Notes under the pieces: generated by a model
What the model was told of the DNA's origin: nothing
What the model saw: the letters and a program-made list of their open reading frames with translations, nothing else
Database searches by the model: none
Program-made: the position numbers and the translations under genes
Shown: in pieces, positions 7,705 through 14,399 of the stretch
How positions within the stretch are numbered: position 1 is the stretch's first letter
How the letters are laid out: the number at the start of each line of letters is the position of its first letter
IMG/VR virus record: IMGVR_UViG_3300009183_000059
Coordinates: 1 to 64,000 of that record
Length of the DNA: 64,000 bases
Direction: 5' to 3' (one strand)
Origin: a virus

Positions 7705-7941
7705 TTATTCACTCCAACCATTTAGATTTTGAAATTCGGAATAAGGTAATTCAATTGTGAATACATTATTATTTTTATACACATTAGCATTTCTGCCTAT
7801 TGTGTATTTTTCTAGGATTACAGTAGCGATACCGCTATCCTCATTTAGAGATACAATTTCCACAACCTTGTGGTTTATGTATTTTGAAGGGGGCTGAAAG
7901 AATTTATCTTTAGCGATTTTATTAGCAAGAGATAGTGACAT
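7705..7941 (-). CDS. Hypothetical protein (start revised to MSLSLANK)
   Basis: TAATG coupling with 7941-8096. Confidence 0.7.
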   Translation of the reverse strand: MSLSLANKIAKDKFFQPPSKYINHKVVEIVSLNEDSGIATVILEKYTIGRNANVYKNNNVFTIELPYSEFQNLNGWSE

Positions 7942-8096
7942 TATTTTGCACACTCGCAATCTTTATGAGTAGGGATAGAGAACAGATACTTTAGCAAAGC
8001 TTTACGCTCTGCAAAAGAAATTTCGGGGTGAAAGTTTTTCACTCCTCCGTGTTGGTATTCAAACACGATTTTATTTAGTGTATTTTCTGATAACAT
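7941..8096 (-). CDS. Unannotated 51-aa microprotein, paralogue of 6966-7121
   Basis: MLSENTLNKIVFEYQHGGVKNFHPEISFAERKALLKYLFSIPTHKDCECAK; AAGGAG RBS. Confidence 0.75.
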   Translation of the reverse strand: MLSENTLNKIVFEYQHGGVKNFHPEISFAERKALLKYLFSIPTHKDCECAK

Positions 8097-8329
8097 TAGG
8101 CATACACTCCTTTTGCAATTAGAGAATCTAATTTAGCAGATAATTCATCTGCTTCATCAGCAACCCACTCTGAAATTTCATAGTGGGACATAAATTCTGC
8201 AAGAGTCATTAGACCCTTGTATTCATTACAGGATACGCAGAAACTTTCGTTAGCGTATTGTGAACAGAAGGCGCAAACAATTTTGTTTGCATACTCTACA
8301 GGGAGAGTGTTTATTGTAAATGTAGTCAT
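8096..8329 (-). CDS. Zn-binding small protein (start revised to MTTFTIN)
   Basis: CAFC...CVSCNEYKG; AAAGGTGG RBS. Confidence 0.7.
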   Translation of the reverse strand: MTTFTINTLPVEYANKIVCAFCSQYANESFCVSCNEYKGLMTLAEFMSHYEISEWVADEADELSAKLDSLIAKGVYA

Positions 8330-8606
8330 TTTAGACCACCTTTCTAGTTTGAGAACCTTTCTCAACTTTCTTTATACTAGAAGTATAACACCTACCACTG
8401 ACATTTTGGGGGGTTACTCGCCAGTATTTTCAAAGTATTTTTGTGATTTGCACCACATAGACTTATCCACAGACACGCCCGACGCCGCCCCGCATTTTTT
8501 GCGATCTGTCAAGTAGACACACCGCAAAAAACTTTTTATTTTAGATTAATAAAAGATAACCAAATAAAGTTACGCAGATTATTAAGAAAATAAATTCTTT
8601 CACGAA

Positions 8607-8765
8607 TTAATTCTCCAAACAAGCTTCAAAAAACTTTTCTTCGTTAAACCTTTCGTTATCTTTTTTAAACATATTAGAAAAATCTAATAGCAAACCAGCG
8701 GGAGCATTTTCAAAATGCTTATTTAGAATTTCAGCGGTAGCGATGTAGTCTTTACGTGTCATCAT
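8607..8765 (-). CDS. Unannotated 52-aa protein, paralogue of 6256-6471
   Basis: MMTRKDYIATAEILNKHFENAPAGLLLDFSNMFKKDNERFNEEKFFEACLEN. Confidence 0.75.
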   Translation of the reverse strand: MMTRKDYIATAEILNKHFENAPAGLLLDFSNMFKKDNERFNEEKFFEACLEN

Positions 8766-8875
8766 TAGTTTAGTCCATTCTCTTTTAGGTCTTTGATTAC
8801 GGCAATGATTAGGGGGATAGTAACGCCAAGCATTACTAATTGGACGGCGGTAGTTAGTAGACGATTACTTGACAT
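8765..8875 (-). CDS. Unannotated 36-aa membrane microprotein
   Basis: MSSNRLLTTAVQLVMLGVTIPLIIAVIKDLKENGLN; TAATG coupling. Confidence 0.6.
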   Translation of the reverse strand: MSSNRLLTTAVQLVMLGVTIPLIIAVIKDLKENGLN

Positions 8876-9011
8876 TCTTAGTTTTCCATTTCTTATAATA
8901 CTTATAACCTACCGCTAATAGGGCGGTGGTAATTAGTAACTGCCAAGAAAGCGCAATATAGCACCATTCTGTGTCGAGCATAAAGCCGTAGTTATCTAGT
9001 TCAATAGTCAT
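8865..9011 (-). CDS. Unannotated 48-aa membrane microprotein
   Basis: MTIELDNYGFMLDTEWCYIALSWQLLITTALLAVGYKYYKKWKTKNVK. Confidence 0.6.
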   Translation of the reverse strand: MTIELDNYGFMLDTEWCYIALSWQLLITTALLAVGYKYYKKWKTKNVK

Positions 9012-9163
9012 TAGTTCTGTTCTACCTTTCGCATATGGGCTACTACATTTTTAGAAACCTTTTGTAATTCGGATACTGTCTTATTCATTTCATCTGCTGA
9101 TGAAGCCTTGAAATCAACGCCCAAGAGTTGAGCGCCGTCCCATAGTGAGTATGTTATTGTCAT
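9011..9163 (-). CDS. Unannotated 50-aa protein
   Basis: MTITYSLWDGAQLLGVDFKASSADEMNKTVSELQKVSKNVVAHMRKVEQN; promoter at 9201-9222. Confidence 0.7.
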   Translation of the reverse strand: MTITYSLWDGAQLLGVDFKASSADEMNKTVSELQKVSKNVVAHMRKVEQN

Positions 9164-9246
9164 TTACTGTTCTTCTTTCTGTTAGTTTGTTTATATGATA
9201 ATACTAGTGGATAGGGGTGACAAATGTCAAGATTAGATCGTGTGAG

Positions 9247-9459
9247 TTACGCCACACGATTAGCGAATACCCACTTACTTTCGTTAGGGGTAAGGTAGCG
9301 GTGAGAGATAAGACCCTCAGAGGCTACCATATGGACATATGCCATACGGCTAATGTAGTTACCATTAGCAAGGCGGAAGAGTTCATTACTCTTAGTGTTA
9401 GAGGAAGCCATAGAGTGGTTAGGCTCTACTACTACTGATAATGTATTTAGTGAATTCAT
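9247..9459 (-). CDS. Hypothetical protein
   Basis: 70 aa, GAAAGGA RBS, long structured leader. Confidence 0.7.
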   Translation of the reverse strand: MNSLNTLSVVVEPNHSMASSNTKSNELFRLANGNYISRMAYVHMVASEGLISHRYLTPNESKWVFANRVA

Positions 9460-9634
9460 TTTAGAATTCCTTTCTTTTTTATTCGGTTAGTATTTCTAAC
9501 CTTTTTGCTGACCTAGTTTATTTGCTCTTTCGGGAGGCTCACCTAGGATTTTCTTTTATTTAGTTTTTCTTATGTAGTAAGACTATCAGACCAAACCCTG
9601 AAAGTCAAGGCTATTTGGTGTGATGTCTACCACA

Positions 9635-9793
9635 CTAGGGCTTAGTGTATCCCTTACCCTGTGGGCAGTGGATGTCAAACTGACCTCCACACATTACACA
9701 GCGTGTCCACGCTGTGAGTCCCCCGCAGGTATCGCAAGGGGTAAGGGGGAAGGAGAAGCCTCCCGCATTTCTATTTTCATACAGTGAATTCAT
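9635..9793 (-). CDS. Unannotated 52-aa CxxC...CxxC microprotein
   Basis: MNSLYENRNAGGFSFPLTPCDTCGGLTAWTRCVMCGGQFDIHCPQGKGYTKP; GAAAGGA RBS; promoter at 9844-9865. Confidence 0.7.
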   Translation of the reverse strand: MNSLYENRNAGGFSFPLTPCDTCGGLTAWTRCVMCGGQFDIHCPQGKGYTKP

Positions 9794-10047
9794 TTGGAAT
9801 TCCTTTCTTTATTGTTAATCACCTTGATTAACTTGATACTAGTATCCTATCAGACCCCACTGACATTTTCTACTCAAAAAACGCCCAAATCGGACATTTT
9901 AAATGTGAGATACACCACATTAGGGCTATGGGCGCACTATTTGTCCGTTTTGTGCTACTCAGAGTATGAATCATACAAATTAAATGGATATTAACATTTT
10001 AGAAAAGCTAATATTGTAGTTGACTAGAAATATGATATAATTGTTTC

Positions 10048-10194
10048 ATGAATGATCACGAAGATATGATATTAACAGCAGGCGGCGGAGTAAGTGAAAT
10101 GACCATTATGTGGATTATTATGGGAGCTATGGCTATACATCACTTGTGGATGTGGTATAAAATGAAAAACCAAAAGTGTAAGTGTAAAAAATGA
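10048..10194 (+). CDS. Unannotated 48-aa membrane protein, probably leaderless
   Basis: MNDHEDMILTAGGGVSEMTIMWIIMGAMAIHHLWMWYKMKNQKCKCKK; TGaTATAAT ends 6 nt before ATG. Confidence 0.6.
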   Translation: MNDHEDMILTAGGGVSEMTIMWIIMGAMAIHHLWMWYKMKNQKCKCKK

Positions 10195-10268
10195 ATTGGT
10201 TACAAGCTAGTATAATCTTTGGACCTGTATTGGTAATTTTGATTACAGGTTGGAAAGACATATTCTAA
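10191..10268 (+). CDS. Unannotated 25-aa hydrophobic peptide
   Basis: MNWLQASIIFGPVLVILITGWKDIF; ATGA overlap with the previous ORF. Confidence 0.5.
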   Translation: MNWLQASIIFGPVLVILITGWKDIF

Positions 10269-10923
10269 AAAAAATATTTTATTAACATTTAGATAGATCT
10301 AATATTCTAGTTGACTAAGATTTATACTACTATTCAAATGAAATTTGGGTGGAGTAGAAATCTTCATCTACTTCTTTTACGATATGACAATATCGACAGG
10401 TAACTTCCCCATCATTATCTAAGTGAAAATCGTGATCACAGCTCATTTATGCTCTTTCCTTATATGATTATTGAGTGTGAAATGTGCAAAACCTGATCGA
10501 ACTTCGATTTCTTTTTTGCACAGATCACAGATAACTAATCTCATATATATCCTAGTCGACTAAGATATTATCGTCTTTTACAGGTACAAACCTTGTTTTC
10601 ATATCTTCAGTATACATCATTAGGAACGGAACGGCAACTTAAGAGCTTTAGCTCTTCTTGGCTTAAATAGGCGTATAAGGCTTAATATAGGTATAGTGAT
10701 AAAAATGCCACATACGCCAACTGCCAGAATACCCCTAATTCGTCCAATAGAGTCCAAATCAGGCAGTTTTAGCCCTATAGGGTAGTTGGGTATCGGATCG
10801 ATACACTTTTAACCCTTAAATTGGCTGCTATGGATTTTTTGATCTATATTACGCTCTATAGTGTATATGCTATAAAGGGGTTCTGGTTTCGGCTCACTCA
10901 ATTCCGCCGCTTCCCGATTTTAT

Positions 10924-11745
10924 TTAAGGTAGTGCACCAGTTTTAGCTAAGAACAAGCCATACTCGTTTCCGTTAGTAAGACCAGATGAAATAGCATTGT
11001 AAGCAGTTTGATTATAATCTAAGCACCAAACTTCTCTACCTACAGCAACGTTTGGATAAGGAACACCTAGTGTTAATGTAAAGCTTGCATGCTCTCCAAA
11101 GGATTTAAATTTCCAAGACTGTGCTACACCTGCTGTTGCAGCATAATTCATATAAGCATCTACTTGTGGAGTTCTTGCAATTCCAATTGATGCTCCCATT
11201 GTAGCGTGATTAAAGTATCCGTAGTCAAGGTTATAATTGCTTGCCTCTTGAAATGATTTTAATGGCAAGTATGCAGGAAGACCTGCAACTACAAGTCCAT
11301 TTGTATACTCTGTCCAAGATGGGGTTCCTGGCGGATAGCCTGGGTTTCCTGGATTACTAGACCTTATAAATAGTTGTCCTGGATTTCCATAAGGACTTCC
11401 AGCTGGGATACTTACAATTCCGCCGATTGGATATGAAGCACCGTTGTTATATTCTCCTAGGTAGTTTGGGTATTGTCCATCTTGTCCTGTGTAAAAAACA
11501 AGGTGCTCATTATCATCGATAACCCAACCAGTTGCAGAATTAGGATCTTCACGAACTACATAAACTTTATTTGGGTTAGTATTATCTTTTACAAAAGCCC
11601 ACCAGTCAGCATCTGCTAAACCTACTGGACCTCCCTGATAAACTGCAAGAAATGCTGTTACGCTACTCCATGTTCCAAGGAACCTAGAATCTTTTCCTGG
11701 CAATCCATTACCAGATCCACCTGTTGATGTAAATGAAAATGGCAT
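10924..11745 (-). CDS. Hypothetical protein, virion-accessory/fibre-like
   Basis: GLPGKD...FLGTW and YLGEYNNGASYPIGGIV segments resemble fibre/carbohydrate-binding repeats. Confidence 0.55.
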   Translation of the reverse strand: MPFSFTSTGGSGNGLPGKDSRFLGTWSSVTAFLAVYQGGPVGLADADWWAFVKDNTNPNKVYVVREDPNSATGWVIDDNEHLVFYTGQDGQYPNYLGEYNNGASYPIGGIVSIPAGSPYGNPGQLFIRSSNPGNPGYPPGTPSWTEYTNGLVVAGLPAYLPLKSFQEASNYNLDYGYFNHATMGASIGIARTPQVDAYMNYAATAGVAQSWKFKSFGEHASFTLTLGVPYPNVAVGREVWCLDYNQTAYNAISSGLTNGNEYGLFLAKTGALP

Positions 11746-11746
11746 T

Positions 11747-12007
11747 TTATCTCTCCAAGATTAGTACAGAAACCGTACCTGATCCAGTTGCATAGATATC
11801 ATCATAAGCACCAAGGTCTGCGCTCCAGATAACTCCAGGCTCAAGCTTAACTCCATAAGAAGATGTAGTAACTGTTGGTCCACCTAGATATATTGTTGAG
11901 GAGGCATGTGTATTTTGTACAGATATTGTATTGGGTGTACTAACCTGATCGGTAATTGTTAGTTGAACCGCAGTACCAGTTAAAGTTATGTTTCTAGTTC
12001 TTAGCAT
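11747..12007 (-). CDS. Small beta-sandwich virion-accessory-like protein
   Basis: ISVQNT...IYLGGPTVTTSSYGVKL; beta-rich. Confidence 0.6.
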   Translation of the reverse strand: MLRTRNITLTGTAVQLTITDQVSTPNTISVQNTHASSTIYLGGPTVTTSSYGVKLEPGVIWSADLGAYDDIYATGSGTVSVLILER

Positions 12008-12075
12008 TTAATTTCCTTTATGAGTGGAAGGAATAAAATTTCCAACATGTATTAATTATAGATTAATTTACGCTA

Positions 12076-12153
12076 AAAAGCGAAAATCCCCAGATCTGCG
12101 GATATCTGAGGATTCTCTAATATTCAGGAACTTAAAGCTCAACCGAATACTTC
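12076..12153 (-). ncRNA. Candidate ~75-nt small RNA
   Basis: TTGACG-N17-TATAAT promoter (12159-12187), stem-loop TATTCGG...CTGAATA, terminator hairpin AATCCTCAGAT...ATCTGGGGATT plus T tract; no ORF. Confidence 0.55.
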
Positions 12154-12164
12154 TGTTAATTATA

Positions 12165-12320
12165 CTAGAAAAGGTCGTCTTCGTCAACTTCTTCTTTTAG
12201 ATCTACTTCATAATTCTCTAGCATTTGGGTTACCGCTCCAAAAGCATATATAGCAAAAGCAACGGCGCCTGCACCCATACCTAGAGCAACTGTACCAAGG
12301 AAGAAAGTTCTCTTCTTCAC
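12165..12320 (-). CDS. Unannotated 51-aa membrane protein with acidic tail
   Basis: MKKRTFFLGTVALGMGAGAVAFAIYAFGAVTQMLENYEVDLKEEVDEDDLF; GTGA overlap with 12317-12529. Confidence 0.65.
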   Translation of the reverse strand: MKKRTFFLGTVALGMGAGAVAFAIYAFGAVTQMLENYEVDLKEEVDEDDLF

Positions 12321-12529
12321 TCCGCCTCACTACCTAACGCTGGAAGTGGACCAAGTAGTTCACCATTACGATGAGCTTCGATCATTTTTAAAACTTCTTC
12401 GCCTTTACCGACACCATCTGCTATCAAGCAGAGAACGTCGTATATGCGAGAGAGCGTGATGTATGTGACAATATCGATATTATCATCAATTGTCTCAGAT
12501 GGCTTTTCTTCTGCGGCGAAATCACTCAT
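12317..12529 (-). CDS. Hypothetical protein
   Basis: 70 aa, coupled operon. Confidence 0.7.
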   Translation of the reverse strand: MSDFAAEEKPSETIDDNIDIVTYITLSRIYDVLCLIADGVGKGEEVLKMIEAHRNGELLGPLPALGSEAE

Positions 12530-12719
12530 TAACGGCTAACACTCTTTTCATTCTGTCATAGGAGTTATATCCTATTTCTATAGTATCATTGCATTCAAGG
12601 CAATATAGATAGATTGTATCATCATGTCTTAAATTTGGCAATAGTGGACGATTGTCCTTCTCGCAAAAAAGTTCACTAGGGTAACGCTTTATAAATTCAC
12701 GGACAATTTTGATGTCCAT
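12522..12719 (-). CDS. Zn-ribbon-like protein
   Basis: CEKD...LYCLECN. Confidence 0.7.
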   Translation of the reverse strand: MDIKIVREFIKRYPSELFCEKDNRPLLPNLRHDDTIYLYCLECNDTIEIGYNSYDRMKRVLAVNE

Positions 12720-13279
12720 TATTTATTGCTTTCTGGATTGTCCCATTTACATTGCAATGGCTTAAAGGTATCTGGGTATTTAGACATCCACTCTTTAGTC
12801 CTTGGAGTAAGTCCATGCCATGACGACCAGTTTTCTCCTCCAGCACTCATGTGAAATGCAATCGTTGCATTAGTCCATGGATCCAACAGGTCTTTATCAT
12901 AAGTCAAATTAAATTTCTCTCTTCGATCTGCTCCCATAGATCCAAGCATATTGATCTGGAAAACTCCATAGGAGCTGTCTCCAGTTTTTCTGTTACCGTT
13001 GTATGCCAGTGGTCGGCCATTAGATTCTTTCTTTGCAACTGCCCATGCTTCAATAAGGTCACGGCCCTTGAAACCAGCGCAGTATAATAGTTGAGATAAG
13101 TCTTCATCACTAAGTGATTTAACGCTCTTAAAGTCCTCTATAAAGGCGTATTGTGCTTGTGGTACATCATTTGATATACTTGTTTGAGCAACAGCGTTGT
13201 TAAATCCTGGAAAGCTAGCACATACTAGTGCAATCATTCCCAATTTAAGGGCTGTGTCTCTTATGGTTTTATTTTTCAT
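12719..13279 (-). CDS. Secreted lysozyme-like / lytic transglycosylase (SLT-type)
   Basis: Signal-peptide-like N-terminus; AVAKKESNG catalytic Glu motif, SYGVFQIN, LLDPWTNA, NWSSW; TTGACA-N18-TATGAT promoter. Confidence 0.8.
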   Translation of the reverse strand: MKNKTIRDTALKLGMIALVCASFPGFNNAVAQTSISNDVPQAQYAFIEDFKSVKSLSDEDLSQLLYCAGFKGRDLIEAWAVAKKESNGRPLAYNGNRKTGDSSYGVFQINMLGSMGADRREKFNLTYDKDLLDPWTNATIAFHMSAGGENWSSWHGLTPRTKEWMSKYPDTFKPLQCKWDNPESNK

Positions 13280-13321
13280 AAGGTATTAATCATAACCTAT
13301 TAGTAGAAAGGCTGTCAAGTC

Positions 13322-14311
13322 GTGATTTTAAGTTTTAACACTAATCCAGGAAATTTAAATATTTCTACAGGTTATGGATATGCGGGATATCATATTGTAA
13401 CAAGTCTACAGAAACTAGGATACAAAGTTCCTTTTAAATACAAGGGTGCTAAAGTTCAATTAAATTTTAGTCAACCACAATTTTTTGATTTAAATAAAGA
13501 TCAATATCAAATTGGATATATGCCATGGGAATCGACTCAATTACAAGAGGGTTGGCTAGAAGCATTAAATGAATGTGACGAAGTATGGGCGACATCTCCT
13601 TGGGTAAAACAAGTTTATGAAAAATGTGGAGTAACTCCACCAGTACATGTTTACGAACATGGAATTGAAAATATTTGGCAACCAATTAAAAGATATAGAA
13701 AAGATGGACCATTAAGGTTTTTACATGTTGGAGAACCAGCACCTAGAAAATCAGGACAGATGACTTTCGAAGCTTTTGTTGATGTTTTTGGAAATGATCC
13801 AGATTATCGTTTAACTATTAAATCTTATAAATATAATACTATAAGAGTATATAATAAATATAATAATATTATAGATAGTACTTTAACTAAAACATATAAT
13901 AATATTTCAATTATACCTGAAGAAGTTTCTACAAGTCAAATGGTAGGCATTTTTAACTCTCATCACTGTTTAATCTATCCATCTTGGGGAGAAGGTTTTG
14001 GTTTCATACCGCTTCAAGCTCTTGCAAGTGGAATGCCAGTAATTTGTACTGAAGAGTGGGCACCATATAAAAAATTCTTAGGACCGCTAGCACTTAAATC
14101 TCAATATGTAGAATCTCCTTGGCAACACCCTCACCCTGGACTAATGGTTGAGCCTTCATACGAAGATCTTTGCGATTTGCTAAGAAAGACTGCTAACGAG
14201 TATAATACTATTGCGGACTATTATTATGAGCAGGCTGCGGAAGTTGGTAAAGCATACGATTGGTTGCAGTTGACTGATAATGCTTTCTCAAGATTAAAAG
14301 AAAAATTTTAA
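13322..14311 (+). CDS. Glycosyltransferase family 4 (GT-B)
   Basis: FLHVGEPAPRKS, IYPSWGEGFGFIPLQALASGMPVI, PWEST motif. Confidence 0.9.
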   Translation: MILSFNTNPGNLNISTGYGYAGYHIVTSLQKLGYKVPFKYKGAKVQLNFSQPQFFDLNKDQYQIGYMPWESTQLQEGWLEALNECDEVWATSPWVKQVYEKCGVTPPVHVYEHGIENIWQPIKRYRKDGPLRFLHVGEPAPRKSGQMTFEAFVDVFGNDPDYRLTIKSYKYNTIRVYNKYNNIIDSTLTKTYNNISIIPEEVSTSQMVGIFNSHHCLIYPSWGEGFGFIPLQALASGMPVICTEEWAPYKKFLGPLALKSQYVESPWQHPHPGLMVEPSYEDLCDLLRKTANEYNTIADYYYEQAAEVGKAYDWLQLTDNAFSRLKEKF

Positions 14312-14399
14312 AAGTTTTAGTTCTTTAAAAAAAAGTCACTATACTTAGTATTACCAATAAAATTAAACCCAACATGTGGGACTAGAGGAGTATTCTAAA

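Noticed and set aside
7919-7940. Possible 14th TGTCAS-N10 promoter
   Set aside because: The -10 position reads TAATAA and lacks the conserved final T, so it was not counted.
9635-9793. Apparent frameshift in the small Cys-rich ORF
   Set aside because: Recounting the G5 run gives an intact 52-codon frame.
372-9994. Plus-strand and nested ORF-track calls in the early region (e.g. 372-689, 1783-2037, 3314-3529, 3871-4107, 8217-8516, 9794-9994)
   Set aside because: They are antisense or out-of-frame shadows of better-supported minus-strand genes or regulatory DNA, without RBSs.
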